Assembly: GCA_950097015.1 (NCBI GenBank)
Contig: CATNEN010000003.1
Location: forward strand, 7,316,001 to 7,380,000
DNA: 64,000 nucleotides
Direction of reading: 5' to 3'
Source of the DNA: Macrostomum hystrix
Lineage: Eukaryota; Animalia; Platyhelminthes
Part shown: positions 1-11,021 of the stretch, piece by piece
Layout of the letters: every line of letters begins with the position of its first letter
Numbering within the stretch: the first letter of the stretch is position 1
The notes under the pieces: generated by a model
Databases searched by the model: none
What the model was told of the DNA's origin: nothing
What the model saw: only the letters and a program-made list of their open reading frames with translations
Position numbers and translations under genes: made by a program

Positions 1-1730
1 TTGTAGCTTTCGTTGTGGTCGGTTTGTAGCTTTCGTTGTGGTCGGTTTGTAGCTTTCGTAATGGTCGTGTCATTTCTTAGCTCTCGTAGTTGTCAATTTT
101 AGCTTTTATTGTGGTTGCTTTGTTGCTTTCGATGTGGTCGTTTCTAGCTCTCATTCTTGCATGGTCGTGTCGTTTTGTAGCTCTGATTTGTGGTCGTGTC
201 GTATTGTAGCTCTTGTTTGTCGTCATGTCGTTTGTAGCTCTTTTTGTGGTCGTGTTGTTATGCAGCTCTTATTTGTGGTCGTGTCATTGTAGTTCTTGTT
301 TGTAGTCGTGTCATTGTAGCTCTTATTTATCGTCATGTCGTTTTTAGCTCTTTTTTGTGTGGTCGCGTGGTTTTGTAGCTCTTGTTTGTGGTCGTCTCGT
401 TTTGTAGCTCTTATTTGTCGTCGTGTCGTTTTGTAGCTCTTGTTTGTGGTCGTGTCGTTTTGTAGCTCTTGTTTGTGGTCGTCTCGTTTTGTAGCTCTTG
501 TTTGTGGTCGTCTCGTTTTGTAGCTCTTGTTTGTGGTCGTCTCGTTTTGTAGCTCTTATTTCTCGTCGTGTCGTTTTGTAGCTCTTGTTTGTGGTCGTCT
601 CGTTTTGTAGCTCTTGTTTGTGGTCGTCTCGTTTTGTAGCTCTTGTTTGTGGTCGTCTCGTTTTGTAGCTCTTGTTTGTGGTCGTGTCGTTTCGTAGCTC
701 TTATTTGGGTTCTATCGTTATCGTTTTGGTTGAGGTTGTAGCCTAGTAAGAGGTTGTAGCCTAGTAAGAGGTTGTAGCCTAGTTGTTAGGGCGTCGGACT
801 CACGACTTGAAGGTCGGGGGTTCGATTCCCGACTCCACTGAAACAATTTGTGTCCTTTAGCAAGACACTTAACTATGCATTGCTTCAGTTCACCCAGCTC
901 TTAAATGGGTACCAGGATTAGCTGGGATAATTGAAGGTGGATGTGGCGTCCCCCCAGTCCATGGACTGAACAGCTGTACGCAGCCTTCAGATGCGCCGCG
1001 CAATAGCTGCGGCTGTGCTGTCGGCTGCACATCTGGCCCGATTGGGGCAGGTGTAATCAATTATTATTAATTATTAATTATTATCGTTTTGTAACTCTTG
1101 TTTTTCGTGGTGTCGTTAAGTTCATCTTGTTTGTGGTCGTGTCGTTTTGTAGCTTTTGTTTGTCGTCATGTCGTTTGTAGCTCTTTTTGTGGTAGTGTCG
1201 TTTTGTAGCTCTTATTTGTAGTCGTGTCATATTGTAGCTCTAGTTTGTCGTCGTGTCGTTCTTTTGTTTGTCGTCATGTCGTTTGTAGCTCTTTTTGTGG
1301 TCGTGTCGTATTGCAGCTCTTGTTTGTCATCGTGTCGTTTTGTAGCTCTTGTTTGTGGTCGTGTTGTTTTGTAGCTCTTGTTTGTCGTCATGTCAGTTTG
1401 TAGCTCTTGTTTGTGGTCGTGTTGTTTTGTAGCTCTTGTTTGTCGTCATGTCAGTTTGTAGCTCTTGTTTGTGGTCGTGTTGTTTTGTAGCTCTTGTTTG
1501 TCGTCATGTCAGTTTGTAGCTCTTGTTTGTGGTCGTGTTGTTTTGTAGCTCTTGTTTGTCGTCATGTCAGTTTGTAGCTCTTGTTTGTGGTCGTGTTGTT
1601 TTGTAGCTCTTGTTTGTCATCATGTCGTTTTGTAGCTCTTGTTTGTGGTCGTGTTGTTTTGTAGCTCTTGTTTGTCGTCATGTCAGTTTTTTGCTTTTGT
1701 TTTAATCGTGTCATTTTGGTCGTGTGGTTT
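1..1730. repeat. Degenerate ~29-bp minisatellite (GTCGTGTCGTTTTGTAGCTCTTGTTTGTG), interrupted by a SINE
   Basis: Unit visibly repeated from window start to ~1730; SINE inserted at 732-1083. Confidence 0.9.
732..1083 (+). mobile_element. tRNA-derived SINE family A (CORE-like central domain), with triplicated 5' 18-mer
   Basis: A-box-like TAGCCTAGTTGTTAG, B-box GGTTCGATTCCC, central GTGTCCTTTAGCAAGACACTTAAC resembling the MIR CORE domain, (ATT)n tail; near-identical copies at 36875 and 45565. Confidence 0.85.
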
Positions 1731-2899
1731 TGTAGATACTGCTGCGTCGCTCTCGCTGTCGATCTATAGAAATCAGCAATAAATCACCATTGCTCATGCT
1801 AAATTATTCTAAAAGATGAGGTCAAAATTAAGTTCTAAAACGCAACATTTTTCAATCTATCTCCATAACATCTACCCTTTCATCTGTCGCCCCAAGCTAA
1901 AATAATTTCCATTTTCAATTTAGTCTCCTATTGAATTGAGTTAGGTAACATCGGGTATAATCGAATTACATACTTGAGTCCTCATCTCTGATTGAAGCGC
2001 CAATGAATAAGGCTTTAGCATTTTACATGGCAAAGAAATTATAAATAAAAAACTGCTTTCAAGACAATTTCTTTTTCCTATTTCGTCCCGGAATTTCGAT
2101 TCCCACCGACTGTCATTTGATTATCTTTAACACACGCGCTGAGATTTCCGTCAAATTTGGGAATTTTTATGTTCTTATCATGAACTTTGTGGCGATTGTT
2201 ATGGAGGCGACTGTCCTGAAAACACGAAGAGAATTCTTCTGAAGATATTTCCTGAAAATATTTTCCGTTATCACATATCTGATTGATTCAGACTTCTCAC
2301 GAAGATTATCCAGTAAGCTACTTTGCATTATGACACTATGGCTGAACCAACTGACGGATAAAATGTTTATGTACTAGTGTACTTGATATAATTGATAATG
2401 CTATCAATCTGAGACCTAGAGACAGAAAGTATGAGCTTACTATGATGGATCTGGTATTATCTGATGGGTTATTTAGCATCAATCAATCAGCTTTCCTGTG
2501 CTAATCAGGCGCGTTATATCCAGTATTTGCAATGCCAATTTAATGTCTCATACGAGTCGAAATACAGAATAATTTCATGAACTCAATATCAATTCAATAA
2601 TGACAGGGTAATAAAGAGCTAATAAAAAGTGCAATCTATTTAGTTAATTAGCTCGTATTTAGCATCGAAAAATTGATTTTCCTCACATTGAAAACATAGG
2701 TTCTGGTTCGCTTAGTGTCACTTCACAATTTGATAATCGTATTGACAATCCGATAGAATTGATCTGAAACTGACCATAAAAAATTATAAATAATGTAATA
2801 ATCATGGCGTTAAGGTGAGACGCTAATAGTAGTGGCAAGTCAGACATGCATTAATGATCGGCCGGAAAACACTTGCAGAATGACGCTAAATAGGAAAGC

Positions 2900-3625
2900 T
2901 GGGAGACTGAATACGAAGATAGGTGAAACACTATTGATAAGACAGGTAAGATACTAATGATAAGGCAGGCAGTATTGTGGCAGTATTGAGGCAGTATTGT
3001 GAAGACAGGTGACGGGTGACATACTAATGAGAAGTTTCTTAGTATCTCGCCAGTGGTGAGATGTGGTGAGACACTATTAAGAAGACAGGTGACAGGAGAG
3101 AAAATGATGGGAAGACAGGTGACAGGAGAGAAAATAATGAGAAGACAGGTGAGAAACTGATGAGAAGACAGGTGATAAAATGATGAGAAGACAGGTTAAA
3201 TGTGAGAAACTGATGAGAATACAGGCTAGAGGCGAGAAACTGATAAGACTACAGGTAAGAAAATGATGAGAAGACAGGTGACAGGTGAGAAATTGATGAG
3301 AAGACAGGTAATCGGTGAGAAGCTGATGAGAAGACAGGTGACAGGAGAGAAATTGATGAGAAGACAGGTGACAGGTGAGATAATGATGAGAAGACAGGTG
3401 ACAGGTGAGAAATTGATGAGAAGACAGGTGAGACAGTAGTGACAATATAGTTGAGAGACTCATGTTAAGACAGGTGAGACAGTAGTGACAATATAGTTGA
3501 GAGACTCATGTTAAGACAGGTGAGACAGTAGTGACAATATAGTTGAGAGACTCATGTTAAGACAGGTGAGACAGTAGTGACAATATAGTTGAGAGACTCA
3601 TGTTAAGACAGGTGAGACACTAATA
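2900..3625. repeat. Purine-rich minisatellite (~30-bp GAGAAGACAGGTGACAGGTGAGAAATTGAT-type units, then ~46-bp units)
   Basis: Tandem copies visible; ORF 3077-3463 is a translation of the repeat. Confidence 0.85.
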
Positions 3626-4713
3626 TTAGGACAGCCACAGTTCGCTATGGGAAAACGCGAATTCGGGTGTGTTTTTTTCTGAACACTGAAAATAATGCGA
3701 ATGCTCGCTTGCCATAGCACGGTTCCCATAATTAACCGAAATGTATCAAAAAGCTCTTCTGAATCAAAGAAATCACGGATTCCTCGCGTTTTTGAAGGAA
3801 TGACTCAAAAAAGGATTTTGCAGGTTTTGCAAGTTTAGCCAGAATTTTTCTAAGATAATTAGTCGCTTGGGTAGAATGATACCACGGTACAACTAGAGTA
3901 GACTTGTTGTAACGAAATCGTGCCTTCACATAAGTGACAGCATGGCATGATGAATATTCGCGGCCAGTTGAAATGTTTTCTAGTGTTTGGTCTAAAAGTC
4001 GCTTGCAATTCCGGAAACACTTTAGCAGTGTTACAAAGAAGTTCTGAGGAAGTTTTTATGCCACAGTTTTGCCACAAGCGGGTGTCAAAGCAGCACGCCT
4101 AAAAATCCAACTTTTTTTATTTTAAACACCTTTTTATAATTTTATTTTGATACTTTAGACATTTTAAAAGCAATTATTTAGTACTTACACTAAAGTGCAT
4201 TAAACACACTCAGTTGTAAGTGCTCATTGAAGCGTTAAAAAAATAATTAATTTTTGTGGAACAGAGAACAGGTCAAAACGATTCGTAAAATTTGCAACAA
4301 TGCCCTTAACTGTTAATGCCCATAAAAATAAAATTCTTTGCAAAGCTGCGAAAAAATGGCCACGCGCATACTATACTACTTAACAAGCAAAAGTGTAATT
4401 AGGTAGGAAAGTAGGCACTGAAGTATAATGTTAGAGAAAAATAATTGGACATAACTTTTTAATAATTCAATGAAAACAACTGCAATATGCCCGAAAACAC
4501 GTGGATTTGATTAAAATTCAGCTAAACTTTGAGGTTATTCACATTTTTGAATGATCTCGGAATAATCATTTTCAGATGCAAAAAACTATAAGCGAAAAAT
4601 AGAAATAAATTTTTCAAAATGACTGTAATTATTAAAAACCTCAGTCTTTTGGCTCACACTTCAAACAATTTAATATCAATTAACCATTTTCATTCTCCAT
4701 GAAATAAATTCCC

Positions 4714-6125
4714 AATCTGATACCAATGACAAATCTGATATCAATAACCAATCTGATATCAATGACCAACCTGATATCAATAACCAATCTGATATCAATG
4801 ACCAACCTGATATCAATGACCAATCTGATATCAATGACAAATCTGATATCAACGACCAACCTGATATCAATGACAAATCTGATATCAATAACCAATCTGA
4901 TATCAATGACAAATCTGATATCAATAACCAATCTGATATCAATGACCAATCTGATATCAATGACCAATCTGATATCAATGACCAATCTGATATCAATGAC
5001 CAACCTGATATCAATAACCAATCTGATATCAATGACAAATCTGATATCAATGACCAACCTGATATCAATGACCAATCTGATATCAATGACCAATCTGATA
5101 TCAATGACCAATCTGATATCAATGACCAATCTGATATCAATGACCAATCTGATATCAATGACCAATCTGATATCAATGACCAATCTGATATCAATGACCA
5201 ATCTGATATCAATGACCAATCTGATATCAATGCCCAACCTGATATCAATGACCAATCTGATATCAATGACCAATCTGATATCAATGACCAATCTGATATC
5301 AATGACCAACCTGATATCAATGACCAATCTGACATCAATGACCAATCTGATATCAATGACAAATCTGATATCAATAACCAATCTGATATCAATGACCAAT
5401 CTGATATCAATGACCAATCTGATATCAATGACAAATCTGATATCAATAACCAATCTGATATCAATGACCAATCTGATATCAATGACCAATCTGATATCAA
5501 TGACAAATCTGATATCAATGACAAATCTGATATCAATGACCAATCTGATATCAATGACCAACCTGATATCAATGACCAATCTGATATCAATGACCAATCT
5601 GATATCAATGACAAATCTGATATCAATAACCAATCTGATATCAATGACCAACCTGATATCAATGACCAATCTGATATCAATGACCAATCTGATATCAATG
5701 ACCAATCTGATATCAATGACAAATCTGATATCAATGACAAATCTGATATCAATGACCAATCTGATATCAATGACCAACCTGATATCAATGACCAATCTGA
5801 TATCAATGACCAATCTGATATCAATGACCAATCTGATATCAATGACCAATCTGATATCAATGACCAATCTGATATCAATGACCAATCTGATATCAATGAC
5901 CAACCTGATATCAATGATCGATCTGATATTAATGACCAATCTGATATCAGATATCTACAATCTGATATCAATGAGCAATGTGATATCAATGACCAATCTG
6001 ATATTAATGACCAATCTGATATTAATGACCAATCTGATATTAATGACCAATCTGATATTAATGACCAATCTGATATTAATGACCAATCTGATATTAATGA
6101 CCAATCTGATATTAATGACCAATCT
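4714..6125. repeat. 18-bp minisatellite (CTGATATCAATGACCAAT), roughly 78 copies
   Basis: Highly regular array; long ORFs in three frames are artefacts of the 18-bp period. Confidence 0.97.
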
Positions 6126-6203
6126 ATATTACATTTTCCTCTTAAAAATATTTTATTCGTTCATAAGAGAACATTTAGATATCATAAAAACATTTTTTAA
6201 GAG

Positions 6204-9200
6204 TCAGGAGAACTGTACCCAAGCTTTGTGACCCGCTGCACCATTACAGTCAGAAGCAGCAGCAGCAGCAGGAGCAGCAGCATTCGAATCGTTGGCAGCG
6301 GTGGCAGATGCGAATCTATGCATAGAAAAAGCTTGAGAATCCGACCACACCAGAGGCTGCTCATCAATGCTCAGAACTGTACCGGCCTGGCCGCATGTTG
6401 AACTATTTGACGGATCAGCGGGAGCAAAGTTCCTGGCCGCAACTTTGAATGCTTCGTTCAACGAATAGGCGAGCTGCACTGCCTGCAGTGTGGGCAGAAG
6501 TTCACTTTTTTCAACTAATTATTAATTTCAGGATTCCAAATTTCCGATTCACACATTCCCTCTCACTAATACTAATGGTAATTGCAGGAGGGCTGCGGGC
6601 ATGTCACATCACTTGGTGACAGAAGACCTGCTGCCAACAAGGAGGCAATTCTGCCCATTTCGCTGACTCCTGATCACACACGCACACAGATACCGTACGC
6701 AGGCACACACTCACACAGGTGTGTACACCTGCCCTGACTTTCTCATCGTCAGGCAGTGTACACTCTCACTGTGCTTTGTAGGTTGGCCCTCAAGGGCGTA
6801 AATTGCACGACAAGCCCCCAAGCCTTCTCTCCGCGGCTGCGCCCCAAATAAATGGGACTTGGTGCGAGAGGCAAACGCGCTGACCGCTCTGCCACCGACC
6901 CCCCTCCCTCACCTCTTTATCGTTTGCGCATTTGCAGACATGCAATTCCACTGTCTCGTTAATTCTGTTGCGAGCCACAAAGCCAAATACTCGAGAATTG
7001 CGCTTGTCGGCTGTGCAGTAAGCGATGCGATCGATGCTGGCTTTGACAAGCTGCTGACTGCAGCTGCCAGTATCCGCAGCTGCTGCTGTCTGCGGGCAGC
7101 AGTCTCGCAGCACAATGCCCTCAGTTGACAGGGTTAGAACTGCAGGCGTGGACTTTTGTCGCGCTTTTCGATTCTACAAGTATAAGAAGAGAAAAAAATA
7201 TGATGACAAGTATGGAAGGAATAAAGTTGCTCAACTTTTGAAATGATGAAAAATTGGCTCACAAAGTCTAATAAGCTTTGGATAGCAGCTGACACAACAG
7301 CAGCCGAGAAATGCTGGCCTCTGCGAATGTCTTCAATGAGCTGTGAGCCGCTGTATTTAACCAGAAATTCAATTCCAGATTGCAAGTGCTGCTCATGTAT
7401 TGGTCCAGTCTCAGCTAGCTCTGTGTGAACAATGGCAATTTAATGTGGATAAGGCAGTATATGCCGAGGGCTGTCCCAAAAGTAGTGTTACTTTTGATTA
7501 TATCTTTTGTTCTGATGGTTCAAATAACGTGATTTTACACAGTCTTATAGCGGCAAGTCTCTTCTTTATATTAATTCAAATCTTTTTTCTAACAGACTAG
7601 GGAAATAGAAGTTATCAACGAAAAACTAACAGGACCTCAAACATAGACTTACAGTAAATCAACAAGCAAGCAAAAATGACCAACAGTTTGAGTGGTTGCG
7701 AATATGAAGTTTTCTCGTAGCAATTGAAACGCTCCTCTTCACTCGTCGGTGGGAATGCTTGACTTCTCAACGTAGTCACCGCCGAGCTGAAGGCATTTTT
7801 GCCACCGACTGAACAAACCGTCAATAGCGTTGGCATAACTCTCGCGTGGAATTTTGTGGAGCAGGACATTCCGCACTGCCTGTTCGAGGTTGTCACGCTT
7901 CTCATGAACTTTACCTCGCAGATGCGACTTCATTAGTGGAAATAAGGCGAAATCTGCTGGCGCCAGATCAGGCGAATACGGTGGATGAGGCAAAATATTA
8001 AACTTGAGTCTGCTGACAGCCTCGGAGGTCTTCTGTGCAGTATGGGGTCTGGCGTTGTCGTGGTGGAGAAGAAAGGGCTTGATTCCAACCCGACGCTTGT
8101 TCCAGATTTCGAACTTCAATTTTTCAAGGGAAGCAATATAGCACTCGGCATTGATGCTCTTCCCTGGCTCAAGAAATTCGATTGTAAGTGGTCCATTTCT
8201 GTCGAAGAACAAAGTCAGAAGCACCTTTTTGCAGTGAGGCTCTCGACGTGCCTTAACAGGGGGGTCTGAACCCCTGATTGTCCAAACCTTGGACTCCTGT
8301 TTGGTGGGGGGATCGAAGTGAGGCACCCACGTCTCGTCACCAGTAACAACGATTTGCCGAAACTTTTCCCATCCACCATGTTGCCTGACGAGCTCCAGAT
8401 TCTCCTGGCACACTCGCTGCCGCTGCTCTTTCAGGTCTGGTGTCAGAAGGCGTGGAATCCAGCGAGCACTCAGCTTCACATAATCCATGCTGGTGAGACT
8501 ACGATGAACCGTTGATCGCGGAGTATTCAGCCTGTCAGCAATCTCTCTGATCGTCATTCGTGCGTCCTCATCAAGAAGATCCAGGATAGCGTCAGCCAGG
8601 ACGACAGAGTCTCGAACATGAGGGCGACCTGTCCTGAGCTGATCAGCAAGGTCCGTCCTTCCCGCTCGAAACTGTTCTATCCAACGATAGATGGTCATTT
8701 TACTGACCGCGCAAGACCCATGAGCTGATGAAAGTTGCCCATGAATCTCGGCTGCACTGTGCCCCGTCTTCCAAAGGGTGTAAATCACACTCCTCTGGGC
8801 AAAACTTGAATGCACATCCATGATCTTTAGCACAGCAAGAAATGAGAACAAAAATGCTCGTACTGAAGCCAAGTCCCAGTGAGAGATATGAAGATTTCAT
8901 TCCATATTTTCCAGAGACAACTTTCAAATTATAACTTCATTATGATTTTTCCAGAGACATATCTTTGTCGCGGATTGAGAAATTGAGAAATTTTGGTTGA
9001 AAGAGTGACCTCAGTCGAAAGCACTTTCGTAGCATGTTGATTTACTGTAAGTCTATGTTTGAGGTCCTGTTAGTTTTTCGTTGATAACTTCTATTTCCCT
9101 AGTCTGTTAGAAAAAAGATTTGAATTAATATAAAGAAGAGACTTGCCGCTATAAGACTGTGTAAAATCACGTTATTTAAACCATCAGAACAAAAGATATA

Positions 9201-9868
9201 ATCAAAAGTAACACTACTTTTGGGACAGCCCTCGTATTTGTACATACAACTACCCTGAAAGAAGCATCTTATAATGCTTAATTTGATACTTAGCTTGATA
9301 AATTCACAAAAAGCCATAATTATAAAGGAAATTAACTTCTAAAATACATATTCGATTATATATATTCTATCATATGTAGATTCTATCATTCTAATGCCAA
9401 AAATACTACAACAATAACCACAAAAAATTCATGTTATGTTTAGGGGGTAGGGCAACCAGGATTTTTGGGCATCAGTTTTAGGTTCTTTCCCATGTAATTT
9501 CCTAACATAGATTAAAAAAACATTTCTTCATTTCTTTCGAGGAAACAGTGTGAAAAAATGTAAATAAAAATTTTGGGGGTATTGGCCGATACACCAATAA
9601 CCCTTTGGCTATGTCACATGTTGTGTTCAGCCAATTTTTTTAAGTACTTTTTTAAATGAAATATAATGCTAAATACATTTAAGGAAATTTGTGACGTTGT
9701 TGGCTTTGTATTAACACACTTCAGCAGTTCAAACTTCAGTACTTAAAAATATCATAATTCATTTTTTAAATTAGACTTACAAACATTTTTTTCTAAAGAA
9801 CAAAAAATCAAAATGCATAATAATGAAAACAAGTAAAACAACTTACTTTTTTTCTTACCACGAGGCAT
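6204..9868 (-). CDS. PTB-domain adaptor, LDLRAP1/ARH-like; predicted exons 9868-9847, 7420-7263, 7173-6913, 6482-6204
   Basis: Spliced translation MPRGKKK/KLAE..FLVKYSG..SIDRIAYCTADKRNSRVFGFVAR..AFKVA matches the ARH-type PTB pattern (ISYCTADK..VFAYIA..AFKVA); GT/AG sites with consistent phases (1,0,0); the first exon is least certain. Confidence 0.75.
6583..6904 (-). mobile_element. tRNA-derived SINE family B in PTB-gene intron
   Basis: Head GGGGTCGGTGGCAGAGCGG on the minus strand; body matches copies at 17281 and 35938. Confidence 0.85.
7465..9234 (-). mobile_element. Mariner DNA transposon with ~200-bp terminal inverted repeats
   Basis: TIRs 7465-7663 and 9036-9234 start CGAGGGCTGTCCCAAAAGTAG and differ at about one position; TA follows the right end, left TA not preserved. 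Confidence 0.95.
7739..8821 (-). CDS. Mariner transposase (DD34D), intact ORF of ~360 aa from ATG 8821
   Basis: Two HTH regions, WIPRLL, TGDETW, HDNARPH, YSPDLAPAD; 34 residues between 2nd and 3rd Asp. Confidence 0.95.
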   Translation of the reverse strand: MDVHSSFAQRSVIYTLWKTGHSAAEIHGQLSSAHGSCAVSKMTIYRWIEQFRAGRTDLADQLRTGRPHVRDSVVLADAILDLLDEDARMTIREIADRLNTPRSTVHRSLTSMDYVKLSARWIPRLLTPDLKEQRQRVCQENLELVRQHGGWEKFRQIVVTGDETWVPHFDPPTKQESKVWTIRGSDPPVKARREPHCKKVLLTLFFDRNGPLTIEFLEPGKSINAECYIASLEKLKFEIWNKRRVGIKPFLLHHDNARPHTAQKTSEAVSRLKFNILPHPPYSPDLAPADFALFPLMKSHLRGKVHEKRDNLEQAVRNVLLHKIPRESYANAIDGLFSRWQKCLQLGGDYVEKSSIPTDE

Positions 9869-11021
9869 CTGTTGTGCGCTAAGCGAGAACAAAGATTGGA
9901 AATATTTGCTGCCTTCAAAATTAAAACTAATATTAGGCCTAAGTATTGGCAGAAAACAACTAAAGTTGAACCAGCTTGTTCAACTTGTTGAACTTGTTGT
10001 GCCAGCAATGAAAATTAACTATTCTGATTGTAAAAAATGATTTCACATGACAGAATAAGGATAAAACTTATTTCTTATTCCAATATTGTATGAATGCCTT
10101 TTTACTGTACTTGCGAGCTGAAGCTATGATATTTCGACGGAAATATATGTAGGCACGTAAAAAACACAAATTGTTCACTGTTTCCTATAAAACTTCGAAT
10201 TTAAACTAAGTTAAGTTAAACTAACTAACAAATTATTGACAACACTCAATTAAAATCAGCTTGCAGGAGACAAGCAGTAAAATATTACTTATAATTACGT
10301 TTTTTTAATAATTAAAAAAACAAATTGTTCTTCAAAGGAGAAATCGGTGAAGAATGACTTTCATCCCTTCATTTATTTGATAACGTAATGCCATAAATTA
10401 ATTACATCTCGTAGAATAAATAAAGCAACAAGATATCCTTTTTTTATTTAAATTACTCAGGAAAGAAATCGCTTCAGTGATCATATAAGTCTTTTGATTT
10501 AAAATATTAGAGCCAATATCAATAAGTATAACAGAATGCTTCGGTTGTAGACTTTATACGAAAACATTCCTGATAAACATTTCGAATGCATAAAAACAGA
10601 AAAGCTTAAATACACGCTCTAAAAATATTCCATTTTCTCTACTGGAGCTCTGTTTATATTTGATAAAAATCTTGCGTCAGTGTGTTGTTAAAGAAAGTAC
10701 TGTTAGTTTCTCGGCTTTAGATATGTGTTTTATAACAAACGGTGGTGACGAAGTGCGAATAAATAATTTAAAAGCTCTTTTAAAATATGTCAAAAAAATT
10801 ATAATTGGTTTTTAGTAGTTTTTAGCAATATAATATTATACATGTTTTGTTGTAGGACGTGTATTTAACTTCATTTTTCTATTTCACTTCTTTGCTGACC
10901 CTATAATCCTCCTCCCTATCATCGCACTTCACGAGGCATTGCACGCTGTCTATTTGCGTTGCAAAAAAGATTTATTCGTCAGACATAGACGCGTTCTCCC
11001 AAAGGTAACATTTAATTGACC

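Noticed and set aside
768-840. tRNA gene
   Set aside because: The tRNA-like A/B boxes are the head of a multi-copy SINE with a shared body and ATT tail; no clean cloverleaf.
4676-6231. Three long ORFs of 419-501 aa
   Set aside because: Translations of an 18-bp minisatellite; stop-free frames follow from the period being a multiple of 3.
8821-9868. SETMAR-like fusion of PTB exon 1 to the mariner transposase via the acceptor-like site before the transposase ATG
   Set aside because: Host exon 1 ends in phase 1 and that acceptor is phase 0 for the transposase, so the fusion would be out of frame.
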